From positions 1-56,817 of the forward strand of contig CACAGG010000002.1 in NCBI GenBank assembly GCA_902531985.1: a DNA stretch of 56,817 nucleotides, given 5' to 3'. Positions within the stretch are counted from its first letter, which is position 1; the number at the start of each line of letters is the position of its first letter. The stretch is from an uncultured marine group III euryarchaeote (GTDB lineage: Archaea; Thermoplasmatota; Poseidoniia; MGIII; CG-Epi1). The notes below the pieces were generated by a model that saw only the letters and a program-made list of their open reading frames with translations, was not told the origin of the DNA and searched no databases. Positions 9,299 through 18,447 of the stretch are shown piece by piece. The position numbers and the translations under genes are program-made.

Positions 9299-11455
9299 TT
9301 AGCCTAACTCAAACCGCATCTGTTCAGGTCCTTTTCTACCGGTTAATTTTTCAGCTAGCGTAGTTCCGATTCCAGGTATATTATTCAAATCAGAATTAGA
9401 CGCATTTTTTACAGACTTTTGAGTTGTAAATCCTGCATTGAATAGTGAACGGGCCCTAACCCTTCCGACAGAATCAAGTTCTAATAATGGAAGAAGCTCT
9501 TTTCTAACTCCGTTATTAACTCTAATTTGTAATTCAGTGATTAATTTTGTGTGGTTTGGTGCAAGTAGTTCTGATAATTCACGCATAGCATACAAAATCC
9601 ATTCAGCAGTTTCCACTTTTGCCCTTATATCTCCTGGAGTAGTGGAATATCGTTTCAGCAAATGCTCTTCTGGGGTTTCTTCAATCCAATCAGTTAGTAA
9701 TAATGCAGTTTTCAAATCCCAAAGATAGAACTCTAATTCCACATGCTCTACGGGAGGAGGTAACATTAGATCGCCTTCCATTTGCATTAAGTGGGTCAGA
9801 TAAGTCTCCATTTCGTTTTTTCTAACATAAAGAGAATAAATGTCAGGAGTTCTTGCAATAGTGTGTAGCAAGCCTAAGGGATTAGCTTCAACGTCAGATT
9901 CGAGTGCATTTTTAATCAATACTCCAGATAAAGGATCAATGTACAATTGAGAAACTTTTCTTCCGAACGATGTGGCCTCTAACTTTTCATGTAATGATTC
10001 ATTAGCTGCCACAAAATCACCATTATTCCCCCCTTTGATTTCTATCAAACCTTCCTTGTCTAGAAAATCTAAAACTTTGTTTAGTCTATGTTGAGTTCTC
10101 CATAATTCACCTTGAGATCCAAACAATGTTTTTTCTAAGAAATTATGTAGAGATTCTTTTGTTTTTATTGTACCTGAGGCAATTAAGGACAGTAAGTGCG
10201 TTCTTAGTGCTGGTTCACTTCCTAATCTTGAAATTACGGGCTCAGTCTCACCATGGAAATAATTTTCCGTAAAAAAATCAATTTGGTCTCTATTTTTAGC
10301 AACTAAAATACCCTCTCCGTCGACATCAAAGCCAGGTCTTCCAGCTCTTCCTAACATTTGTTGTACTTCTAAAACGGGTAGTGGCTGATTTGATTGAAAA
10401 GAAGAATCCCATCTACTTAAGTCGCGTATAATTACTCTTTTTGCAGGTAAATTTACACCTGCAGCTAAAGTAGGTGTGGCACACAAGGCCTTCAATGATT
10501 TAGATTTGAAAGCTTCCTCAATTATTCTTCTTTGTCTATTAGTTAAGCCTGCATGATGGTACGCCACTCCATTAGAGATTAGCTTTGAAATATTTGAATC
10601 AACAGAAGTGGCTTCATCGGCATTTCTCTGAATCCTTTCTGAAAATTTTTCTAATATTTTCCTATCTTTGGCTTCTAACTTCTGGCCTATGTTTTTACTC
10701 AATTTTTTAGCTTGGGCCTCGGCAGATCTTCTTGTGCCAACAAAGACTAAGCATTGTTCAGGTAGATTGTCCAAAGAAAGCCCTTCGGCACCTTCTAAAA
10801 TTAGACTCTTATTTTGATTATCTTCCCATTCAATTATCTTTTCAATAGCGATTCCTTTCCTTAGCGGCACAGGTCTAAAATCACTTTCAACTAACGTTGC
10901 ACCTAACCAATCAGCAATTTCTTGTGAATTAGAAACTGTAGCAGACAAACCGATAATTTGTATTGAAGGATTAATTTCTCTGAATTTCGATAATGTTACT
11001 TCGAGTGTTGGCCCCCTTCCAGAATCGTTTAGAAGATGTATTTCATCAGAAACTAAACAGTTTACGTTAGCTAACCATGAGGGATTGTGTCGAATAAGCG
11101 AATCAGCTCTTTCAGAGGTTGAAACTATGATATCATATTTAGATAATCCTCTTGCCTTGTCATAATCACCTACAGATACACCTACCTTTGCACCCCCTAA
11201 AATATTTTTGCAAATATCTTTTAATTCTTCAACTTTTTCCCATGCCAAGGCTCTGAGAGGCACTAAGTAAATTCCTTTTTTTTTAGCTTTGACTGCCCTC
11301 ATTAGGGCTGCATATGCTACCAATGTCTTTCCTGCAGCAGTAGGCACTGAGACTAGAACAGAGTGGTCTTTTTCAACAAAATTTATTGCTTCTTTCTGAG
11401 GTGGATATAATTCTTTTATATTTAGATAATTCAGCAGTTCAGTTAGCAACCTCAC
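9299..11455 (-). CDS. hel308: Hel308/Hjm (Ski2-like) DNA helicase
   Basis: Contains Walker A VPTAAGKT, DEIH box (VSDEIHLL), SAT, QMLGRAGRPG (motif VI) and a C-terminal HhH-like GIG segment. Its length (718 aa) is typical for the family. Confidence 0.88.
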   Translation of the reverse strand: MRLLTELLNYLNIKELYPPQKEAINFVEKDHSVLVSVPTAAGKTLVAYAALMRAVKAKKKGIYLVPLRALAWEKVEELKDICKNILGGAKVGVSVGDYDKARGLSKYDIIVSTSERADSLIRHNPSWLANVNCLVSDEIHLLNDSGRGPTLEVTLSKFREINPSIQIIGLSATVSNSQEIADWLGATLVESDFRPVPLRKGIAIEKIIEWEDNQNKSLILEGAEGLSLDNLPEQCLVFVGTRRSAEAQAKKLSKNIGQKLEAKDRKILEKFSERIQRNADEATSVDSNISKLISNGVAYHHAGLTNRQRRIIEEAFKSKSLKALCATPTLAAGVNLPAKRVIIRDLSRWDSSFQSNQPLPVLEVQQMLGRAGRPGFDVDGEGILVAKNRDQIDFFTENYFHGETEPVISRLGSEPALRTHLLSLIASGTIKTKESLHNFLEKTLFGSQGELWRTQHRLNKVLDFLDKEGLIEIKGGNNGDFVAANESLHEKLEATSFGRKVSQLYIDPLSGVLIKNALESDVEANPLGLLHTIARTPDIYSLYVRKNEMETYLTHLMQMEGDLMLPPPVEHVELEFYLWDLKTALLLTDWIEETPEEHLLKRYSTTPGDIRAKVETAEWILYAMRELSELLAPNHTKLITELQIRVNNGVRKELLPLLELDSVGRVRARSLFNAGFTTQKSVKNASNSDLNNIPGIGTTLAEKLTGRKGPEQMRFELG

Positions 11456-11997
11456 CAGCTCTCATCTTGCTCATTAATTCCAAATTCAGGTTTACTTTGA
11501 AATGTTAAGTAAAGTGCAAATGCACCAGCTAGAGTAGAAAGTAGTAAGCTTCCTAATCCTATTATTGCGGCAGCACAGCCTAATAAGACAATGTTATAAT
11601 TTTGTTTTCTCCAAAGTTCTACACTACCCCAGAATGCCAATACTGCACATATTAATTCATAAAATAAAGCCCCTCTAAGAACTTGCCTCACAAAATCATC
11701 ATCTAATTCTCCACCATCAATTTCAAGCCCCATTTCATTCATCATCTCATTAGATTTTATTGTAGAACCTGCTACTTTCTCATCATCGCTTAGTATCCCG
11801 TTTAACGTCATTGCAGTCAATAATAATATGAATCCTGCAATAAGAAGTGCTAGCGCAGCTTGAGCTGGTTTGCTGGTTGAAGGATATAATTCTACAAGCC
11901 TGTTACCACTTTCTTCATCGCCACCCCAGTCTAATGATTCATATTGTGTTTCTTCCCAACCTTCAGAGTCATTAGGTGGAGGTGTTTGATTGTCCAT
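11452..11997 (-). CDS. Membrane protein with an acidic Trp-containing N-terminal tail (about 3-4 TM), function unknown
   Basis: The N-terminal tail reads NDSEGWEETQYESLDWGGDEESG and is followed by hydrophobic helices. There is a 4-nt stop/start overlap with hel308. Confidence 0.55.
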   Translation of the reverse strand: MDNQTPPPNDSEGWEETQYESLDWGGDEESGNRLVELYPSTSKPAQAALALLIAGFILLLTAMTLNGILSDDEKVAGSTIKSNEMMNEMGLEIDGGELDDDFVRQVLRGALFYELICAVLAFWGSVELWRKQNYNIVLLGCAAAIIGLGSLLLSTLAGAFALYLTFQSKPEFGINEQDESW

Positions 11998-12033
11998 TAT
12001 TCAAGCATTATTAGTGTCATAATAATGGTTCCT

Positions 12034-12306
12034 CTAATATTTGCTTAGCCCTTTCAATGTTCCACTGCTTGCAATAGTACTAATTTCTTCTTTTTTGTTC
12101 ATAATTCTTCTAGATTCCTCTAGTAAATTGTGACCAACAAGAAGAATTCCTCTTTTTCCATTGAATGTAATCAGTTTACATCTAATTTTTGACTTTAACG
12201 GATTAATTTCTCTTAATATGATTCTGTCAATTTCATTTCTATTGAAATTTCCTGAACATTCAAACAAGATATACCGTTTTCTTCCGCGCTTTTCTTTAAC
12301 TACCAT
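12034..12306 (-). CDS. rnp2: RNase P protein component 2 (Pop5/Rnp2-like), short form
   Basis: It has an N-terminal KRGRKRYILFE and a C-terminal SSGTLKGLSK, resembling the archaeal Pop5 pattern (KKRYIAF ... SGTIKRLK). At 90 aa it is shorter than typical Pop5 (about 120 aa). Confidence 0.6.
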   Translation of the reverse strand: MVVKEKRGRKRYILFECSGNFNRNEIDRIILREINPLKSKIRCKLITFNGKRGILLVGHNLLEESRRIMNKKEEISTIASSGTLKGLSKY

Positions 12307-12831
12307 CTATTCGAAAGCCTTTGTTAAATTTTTAATAATATTTTCTAATTTTTCTACACGTTCTTTTAAATTTTTGATTTCCTCTATCATATCCTTATCA
12401 CTATTGTTTTTTAGTTTATCTATAAGCCACGAATCAGTTTCCTCTTTTAATTTAATTATAGATTCTAGTTCGTTTTCATTAATCTCATCGTTGTTAGAAA
12501 TATCCTCTTGGCTATTTTCTATTTTAACTTCTTTAGATACGTCTTCTTGATTGGTTTCATTAACCTCATCACTATTGTTTGATTTTGATTGAGACTTTTC
12601 TCTTTGATAATCTTCTACAGTCATTATATTTCCTTCACTATCAGATTTAATCTTATCTTCTTCAGTTAAGAGTTCTAAGGCCCTTTTGAAATCACTCATT
12701 TCACCCCCGGCTTCTTTGAATGCTGTAAAAAGAGTCCCTGAATCTAATTTATATCCTTCCATTTTTAGGATATTTACAATATTTGCTTTTGCATCGTCCA
12801 TTCTATTTTCATTATTCTCAGGATATCCCAT
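12307..12831 (-). CDS. Hypothetical acidic protein with a small N-terminal globular (possibly wHTH-like) region, an acidic low-complexity centre and a C-terminal coiled coil
   Basis: It is a long ORF directly abutting the rnp2 start with no gap. No family is recognised, and the description rests on composition only. Confidence 0.5.
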   Translation of the reverse strand: MGYPENNENRMDDAKANIVNILKMEGYKLDSGTLFTAFKEAGGEMSDFKRALELLTEEDKIKSDSEGNIMTVEDYQREKSQSKSNNSDEVNETNQEDVSKEVKIENSQEDISNNDEINENELESIIKLKEETDSWLIDKLKNNSDKDMIEEIKNLKERVEKLENIIKNLTKAFE

Positions 12832-12908
12832 AGTTACTCATTTAGTCACATAATTTTATAGTTGATGCCAACTCAATACGTTTAATCCCCCCTTAATCCT
12901 GAACAACT

Positions 12909-14000
12909 GTGTCTCTTACCGATAAGATAGCTGAAATCGAAGAGGAAATTGCCAATACTAAATACAATAAGGCAACCCAACATCACGTTGGGAAGCTCAA
13001 GGCAAAACTAGCACAATTAAGAGAAGAAGTAGTGACTAGCTCCTCAGGTCCAAAGGGTAGTGGTTATGGAGTAAGAAAAGCAGGTGATGCTACAGTAGCT
13101 TTAGTTGGATTGCCGAGTGTTGGTAAATCAACGTTACTAAATGCTTTAACTGATGCAGATAGCGAAACTGGTTCATATGCCTTTACGACTTTAGATGTCG
13201 TTCCTGGCGTTTTAAAATATAGAGACGCAAACATTCAAATACTTGATTTACCGGGTTTGATCGAAGGTGCAGCGAGAGGGGCTGGAAGAGGTAAAGAAGT
13301 TCTTTCAGTAATAAGATCAGCAGATTTAATTGTTCATGTTATTGATGCTATTGAACCAGCACCACATGTCATCCTTAAAGAATTGTTTGATTCAGGCCTC
13401 CGCCTTAACAGTCGCCCACCAAATGGTAGTATTTCTAAAACAGGTATTGGAGGTATTGAAGTTATATCTACAGTTTCTCAAGAAATTGAGGAAGATGCAA
13501 TTAAATCAGTAGTTAGAGAATATGGCATTGTAAATGCACAAGTTGTTTTGAGAGAAAAAATAACACTAGATGACTTAGTTGATATTTTAGCAAAAACAAG
13601 AGTTTATTCACCTTCATTTGATGTAATAACTAAAGTGGACATGATTAACAAGAAACAATTGAAAGAAGTTAAGAAAAAGTGTACGAATAAGACAATAATT
13701 GAAGTCGCAGCACCTACTGGAAAGGGAGTTGAGAATCTAAAGAAGCAAATTTATAATTCTCTTCAATTCATATCGATTTTTATGAAACCACAAGGTGAAA
13801 AAGCAGATTTAGAAGAGCCTATGGTGGTAAGAAAAGGTACGTCTATTGCTGAAATTTGCCAACGCTTACATAGAGATTTTGTGCGTAAATTCCGTTATTC
13901 ACAAATATGGGGTCCTTCGGCTAAATTTCCCGGACAAACAGTTGGTTTACATCATGAAGTCCAAGATCAAGATATTGTTAGTATTATAACGCACAGGTAA
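12909..14000 (+). CDS. DRG/Rbg-family GTP-binding protein with a C-terminal TGS domain
   Basis: Contains G1 GLPSVGKST, G3 DLPG and G4 TKVD. The N-terminal IAEIEEEIANTKYNKATQHHVGKLKAKLA and the C-terminal TGS-like VGLHHEVQDQDIVSI are typical of DRG. The start codon is GTG. Confidence 0.88.
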   Translation: MSLTDKIAEIEEEIANTKYNKATQHHVGKLKAKLAQLREEVVTSSSGPKGSGYGVRKAGDATVALVGLPSVGKSTLLNALTDADSETGSYAFTTLDVVPGVLKYRDANIQILDLPGLIEGAARGAGRGKEVLSVIRSADLIVHVIDAIEPAPHVILKELFDSGLRLNSRPPNGSISKTGIGGIEVISTVSQEIEEDAIKSVVREYGIVNAQVVLREKITLDDLVDILAKTRVYSPSFDVITKVDMINKKQLKEVKKKCTNKTIIEVAAPTGKGVENLKKQIYNSLQFISIFMKPQGEKADLEEPMVVRKGTSIAEICQRLHRDFVRKFRYSQIWGPSAKFPGQTVGLHHEVQDQDIVSIITHR

Positions 14001-14002
14001 AT

Positions 14003-14953
14003 TTATTTGTTTAATCTTTTAATCAAATCAGCTTTTTTACCTGCAGTAGATAATCCCTTTTCTTTTAATTGTTCTTTGAGTTCAGCTACTTTCATTTTGC
14101 TATAATCTTTCTTATAAATTTCTTTTTCTTCATTACCTCTTCCAAAAAGACCCATGACTTTGGAAGCACCTTTCCCTATTCCTGACCTTACAGCTCCAGC
14201 TCCTTTTCCAATTCCTGAGCTAACAGCTCCAGCACCTCTCCCAATGCCCGATCTTACAGCTCCAGCGCCACGCCCTACTGCAGAACTTGCATTTCCTATT
14301 GCAGATTTTGTCATAGCTCCGCTAGATTTTAATCTATCTCCAATTTTACTATTTGATTTTGTTTCTTTTTTCTCTTCTACCTTCTTTTCAGTTTTCTTTT
14401 CTACTTTTGGTGCTTTTTTCTGTTTAGGTTTTAATTTAAGGGATGAACGAGGTTTGAAAACAATTTCAGGTTTGTTTGCTTTCTTTTCATTATATTCTTT
14501 TCTTGCAGAGTCGGTTGCTACAGACTCAGGTAGTTTATCTCCAAATCTATCTTTGTATCTTTCTTCTAAGCTTTTTCCTTTAGAGTCCATCATATGATCG
14601 AGTCTTTTGTGTATGTCTAATAATGGTCTCTTGCTTTTCTTTGCCCATTCAGTAGAGCTGCTTTGCTGGGCAGGAGTTCCAGCAGGTTCTGGAGATATCG
14701 TAACATTTGAATCAGCAATAGCCCCCACAGGGGCAATTTCGACAACAGGTTGAACAGATGGTGCGGCTTGGATTGCAGCAGGTGCAGCTTGAACGGCAGG
14801 TACTCCTTGATTAGGTTGTACTGGTTCTAGTGTGGGCAAGGCTGCAGGTACGGCTTGGACCGCTGCAGGAGCTGCTTGAACAGCAGGAGTACCTACCGGT
14901 TCTAAAACCGGAGGTTTTCTTTTTGGCTTTTTATTTCCACCGAACCATCCCAT
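14003..14953 (-). CDS. Low-complexity Lys-rich protein with a C-terminal SAP domain
   Basis: The C-terminus MKVAELKEQLKEKGLSTAGKKADLIKRLNK matches the SAP (SAF-A/B, Acinus, PIAS) helix-extended-helix motif. The N-terminal part has (P)AVQAAPAA repeats, the centre is K/E-rich, and there are 3.5 repeats of G(R/K)GAGAV(R/S)SGI. Confidence 0.65.
   Translation of the reverse strand: MGWFGGNKKPKRKPPVLEPVGTPAVQAAPAAVQAVPAALPTLEPVQPNQGVPAVQAAPAAIQAAPSVQPVVEIAPVGAIADSNVTISPEPAGTPAQQSSSTEWAKKSKRPLLDIHKRLDHMMDSKGKSLEERYKDRFGDKLPESVATDSARKEYNEKKANKPEIVFKPRSSLKLKPKQKKAPKVEKKTEKKVEEKKETKSNSKIGDRLKSSGAMTKSAIGNASSAVGRGAGAVRSGIGRGAGAVSSGIGKGAGAVRSGIGKGASKVMGLFGRGNEEKEIYKKDYSKMKVAELKEQLKEKGLSTAGKKADLIKRLNK
14162..14275 (-). 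repeat. Imperfect 33-nt tandem repeat (about 3.5 units) encoding G(R/K)GAGAV(R/S)SGI units inside the SAP-domain gene
   Basis: Codon-by-codon reading of the minus strand gives three full 11-aa units plus a partial GKGAS unit. Confidence 0.75.
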
Positions 14954-15117
14954 GATTTCACCAATATTTTTTGATTATGTTGAACATCCTTTCAAAGAGG
15001 CTAAATAGGGTTGGAGAACTCTTTGCTCTTCTTTCCGAGCGGGCGTCTCCAGCGTCATTTTTTGCACTCTCATCATTAGATGACATTTACATGTATTTAT
15101 AGTAATCAATTAAAAGC

Positions 15118-16953
15118 TTATTCACCCTCCTTATTTTTCCAACTCATCTTCTTTTGAATGAATCTTTTTCTGTTATAAGCTTTTATCAAATCTCCTTTTG
15201 TAATGATTCCTATTATTTTTTTATTATTCTTTTCATCAACTACAGGTAAGTGACTAATTTCCTTATAGCCTAAAGAATCTAAAGCATGTGTTAACGAATC
15301 TCCTATTGAAACTGTAACTAAATCAGTCGTACAATAATCAGCTACAGTTAAGTGCCTTTCATGGTTAACAGCAGCATCATGCACGTCTGACCAAGTGATA
15401 ATTCCATGTAAATCTCCATTATCATTAATAACAGGTAAACCCATATGTCCAGTATCTTCTATTATCTGTAAAGCCAGCTCTAAGGGAGAATCTGGCTTTA
15501 TTGTTATGAGATCTTTTGACATTGCTTCTTCAACAGTAATCATTCGCATCAAATCTTGACCAGTACCTAAATCAATCCGGATTCCTCTTTTAGCTAATTT
15601 TGAAGTGTAAAAAGAGTGTTCAGATAAAACATAACAAACAGCATCTGCAACAACACAGGAAAGCATTAAAGGAAGTATGATTTCATATGTTGCAGTCATT
15701 TCAAATAGTAAAACAATTGCAGTTAAAGTAGCACGCGTGGTCGATGCAACAAAGGCAGCCATACCCACTAAAGCAAATGCACCAGGATGTCCTACAATAT
15801 CATATGAATTTAAAATGAGTCCAAGAGCAGCTCCGATTGCAGCGCCTATAAACAAGCTGGGAGTAAATATTCCACCAGATCCTCCACTGCCTATAGAGAT
15901 AGTTGTAGCAATTATTTTTAAGGCCATTATAGATAAAACAAAAAGCAATAAACTTCCCATACTCGATGAAAAATTATCATCTGAAGGAAAGCTGTCTCCT
16001 AAGATTAAATTATTATTTTCATCACTGTCTAATGAAATTAAATCAGAAGTAACATCAAACCCATTTCCTAAAACATGTGGGAATGTCAATGCTATCAATC
16101 CAACACATAATCCTCCTAATGCAGTTTTAACAGGCATAGGTATATTGTCAAACTTATCGATATTGTCTTCAACAAAGTTCATCATTTTTATAAAAATTGC
16201 AGCAGCAAGTCCAATTATTACACCCAGTACAACGTAAAATGGATATTCAATGGGTGATTCTAGAGTATAAGCAGGAATGCTGTCGAAAGCTGCAACATCT
16301 CCAGTTAAACTTCTACCGACAGTTGTTGCAATCACTGCAGCGACAACAATAGGTATGAATGATCGTGTTTTCAACTCAGCTAACACCAATTCAATGGCGA
16401 ATAATACACCTCCTAATGGTGCATTAAATGCAGCAGTAATAGCACTTGCAGCTCCGCAGCCTACCATTGTACGGGTATCTTCTACAGTTTTTCCCGCGCG
16501 TTGACCAATTTCTGAACCAATTGTAGAGGAAATTACAACCATAGGCCCCACACGCCCTAAAGACATCCCGGTACCGATACATGCTGCAGATGCAAAACAC
16601 TTCGCTACGGCTTTTCTCGCGCTTAGGCGAGCCTCCTTAACGGCTACAGCTTCCATAACCATAGGAACACCAGCCCCCTTTGCTTCCTTTGACCAATATT
16701 CGATAATTAATCCTGCAATTAGCCCTCCCAACGCAGGGATAAAAATAATCATCCATTCTCTATCAGTTCCTTTGAGATTGTTTTCTATGAAGCTATCTCC
16801 ATAAAAGACTCCCTGGATACCCTGGCTCATAGATATAAAAATCCATGTCATCAAAGCAGCACATGCACCAGTAAATGCAGCTAATAAATTAATCTGAAGC
16901 ATTGGAGACTTGAAAACATCTTCAAGTCGCCTCATTGCATCAGAATCTTTCAT
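15118..16953 (-). CDS. ClC-family chloride channel / H+-Cl- antiporter with C-terminal tandem CBS domains
   Basis: Contains selectivity-filter-like motifs (GAGVP; GMSLGRVGP of the GxxxGxEGP type; GSGGSGGIFTPS of the GIFxP type). About 10-12 TM helices are followed by two CBS-like repeats. Confidence 0.9.
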   Translation of the reverse strand: MKDSDAMRRLEDVFKSPMLQINLLAAFTGACAALMTWIFISMSQGIQGVFYGDSFIENNLKGTDREWMIIFIPALGGLIAGLIIEYWSKEAKGAGVPMVMEAVAVKEARLSARKAVAKCFASAACIGTGMSLGRVGPMVVISSTIGSEIGQRAGKTVEDTRTMVGCGAASAITAAFNAPLGGVLFAIELVLAELKTRSFIPIVVAAVIATTVGRSLTGDVAAFDSIPAYTLESPIEYPFYVVLGVIIGLAAAIFIKMMNFVEDNIDKFDNIPMPVKTALGGLCVGLIALTFPHVLGNGFDVTSDLISLDSDENNNLILGDSFPSDDNFSSSMGSLLLFVLSIMALKIIATTISIGSGGSGGIFTPSLFIGAAIGAALGLILNSYDIVGHPGAFALVGMAAFVASTTRATLTAIVLLFEMTATYEIILPLMLSCVVADAVCYVLSEHSFYTSKLAKRGIRIDLGTGQDLMRMITVEEAMSKDLITIKPDSPLELALQIIEDTGHMGLPVINDNGDLHGIITWSDVHDAAVNHERHLTVADYCTTDLVTVSIGDSLTHALDSLGYKEISHLPVVDEKNNKKIIGIITKGDLIKAYNRKRFIQKKMSWKNKEGE

Positions 16954-17873
16954 TTAGTCAAAACCTCATTTCCCGATTTAGTGATTAGTAAAGTATGTTC
17001 CGATTGTGAAACAATACCATTGCCTAATTCATCTAAAACAGGATAATATGATACAATGCCAGCTCGCATTAATTTCTGCAAGTTCTTAGTTGCATCTTCC
17101 TGTATTTTGTGTAACCACCTTTCAGCAAATGGTAAACCGTTGTATCTATCACGAATTTCGATCATCAACTGAGTTGCCTTTTCATCTCTAATTTTCCTTA
17201 TTTGCCTAAGATGGTATATGTTCGAATTACGCTTTCCACCAACTCTACCAGCCCCATCTGTAACAAAAGGTTCTATTGCAACTATATCTCCGCTTGTTAA
17301 TACAGGACCTCCTCTCTCTCGGATACTAGGTATAGAAATCCCACTATGCAAATTATATCTTTTTATTCGATGGCCAGTTAAGTTTGCTATAGGTCTATAT
17401 CCGTATTGCTCAATTTTATCCTGCACAGCATGGCCGATTATTCCAACATTCACACCGGCACTAGCTACATCTATGGCGGCATTAAGAGCCTCACGTGAGG
17501 CCTCAATCATTTTTTCATATTCATTAGTTTCTATTTCAACAGTTAGAGCATTATCTCCAATATACCCGTCAATGTGAACTCCAACATCCAGCTTAACGAC
17601 ATCACCTCTTTTGAAGGTTTCTTTGCTTTTGGTTGAAGGTGTCCAGTGTGCACCTACATTATTTACAGCCAAATTAGTAGGAAAAGCCAAATCACCTCCG
17701 TTTTTTATTACATAACTTTCGATTTCTTCAGTTATAGTTAGCATATTTCCCCCATCTCTTATAAGGGATTTACCAAAGTGTAAGGCTTCTCGAGCCAATT
17801 TCCCGGCAGCTTTCCATTTTTCTTTTTCCTCAGGATTCAAGTATTCCCTCCAAGATAGTTGAATATAAAGCAC
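16950..17873 (-). CDS. map: Methionine aminopeptidase, type 2 (archaeal)
   Basis: By eye it aligns with archaeal MetAP: FPTNLAVNNVGAHWTP, KLDVGVHIDGYIGD, LTGHRIKRYNLHSGISIP, AIEPF and SQSEHT. A GGAGG-N6-TTG at 17840 (L12) is a plausible alternative start and would shorten the overlap with the upstream gene. Confidence 0.9.
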   Translation of the reverse strand: MLYIQLSWREYLNPEEKEKWKAAGKLAREALHFGKSLIRDGGNMLTITEEIESYVIKNGGDLAFPTNLAVNNVGAHWTPSTKSKETFKRGDVVKLDVGVHIDGYIGDNALTVEIETNEYEKMIEASREALNAAIDVASAGVNVGIIGHAVQDKIEQYGYRPIANLTGHRIKRYNLHSGISIPSIRERGGPVLTSGDIVAIEPFVTDGAGRVGGKRNSNIYHLRQIRKIRDEKATQLMIEIRDRYNGLPFAERWLHKIQEDATKNLQKLMRAGIVSYYPVLDELGNGIVSQSEHTLLITKSGNEVLTK

Positions 17874-18411
17874 CTATGCGGGTTATTTCAGGTTCGTCAT
17901 TCGTTAAATTAATAATTGTAGATTCAATTCCTTTTGGCTTTTCTCCATCTAAGTATATGCAATTACTACCAAATATTAGTTTAGCTTCATCCAGATTCTT
18001 AGCAATTTCATCACCGTGTAAATTAACGCTAGTAGTAACAATAGGTACTTCCTTCGTTAATTCTAAAGATGTTTTATTAAGAGGTATTCTGACACCAAGA
18101 TTGCCATTTCTCATTACTCCTTTAGCAAATTCTTTCTTTGATTTAAGTATTAGTGTAACAGGCCCAGGTAAGAATTCTTCAATTATTTTTTTAGCTTTTT
18201 TATTTGTATTACAAGTGTCATAGATGTGTTTTTTTTCACTAAACATAACACTCATTCCATTTTGTTTTTTACCTTTTAATTCAAATAATTTATCAACAGC
18301 TTCTTGGTTTGAAGGATCACACCCCATACCCCAAACAGTATCGGTAGGATAGATCAATAATTTCCCATTTCGTAATGCTTTTCTAGCCTCTTCGATGGAA
18401 ACCATAAACAA
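17830..18411 (-). CDS. tsaC: L-threonylcarbamoyladenylate synthase, YrdC-domain-only form (TsaC/Sua5 family)
   Basis: Contains the YPTDTVWGMGCD motif (PTDTxYG) and later GVRIP and SVNLHG segments. At 193 aa it has only the YrdC domain and lacks the Sua5 C-terminal domain. Confidence 0.8.
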   Translation of the reverse strand: MFMVSIEEARKALRNGKLLIYPTDTVWGMGCDPSNQEAVDKLFELKGKKQNGMSVMFSEKKHIYDTCNTNKKAKKIIEEFLPGPVTLILKSKKEFAKGVMRNGNLGVRIPLNKTSLELTKEVPIVTTSVNLHGDEIAKNLDEAKLIFGSNCIYLDGEKPKGIESTIINLTNDEPEITRIGALYSTILEGILES

Positions 18412-18447
18412 TATGCAGAAGAAGTACTTTTAATGTCTTTTGATAAA

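Noticed and set aside
14954-15117. A 164-bp intergenic spacer, the longest in the window. It contains a locally GC-rich segment (ccgagcgggcgtctccagcgtc), a CTATAAATA on the minus strand (15094-15102) and two overlapping small minus-strand ORFs of 42 aa and 33 aa. It could be an ncRNA or a leader peptide.
   Set aside because: I could not fold a convincing stem-loop by eye. The GC-rich part is a direct GCGTC…GCGTC repeat, not an inverted repeat. The small ORFs have no supporting features. Most likely this is just the promoter/5' UTR of the SAP-domain gene. It would need covariance or transcript data.
17830-17873. A 44-nt same-strand overlap between the tsaC 3' end and the map 5' end was considered as a possible frameshift or fusion.
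   Set aside because: Both proteins are complete relative to their families. A GGAGG-N6-TTG start at 17840 shortens the overlap to 11 nt. There is no evidence of a frameshift.
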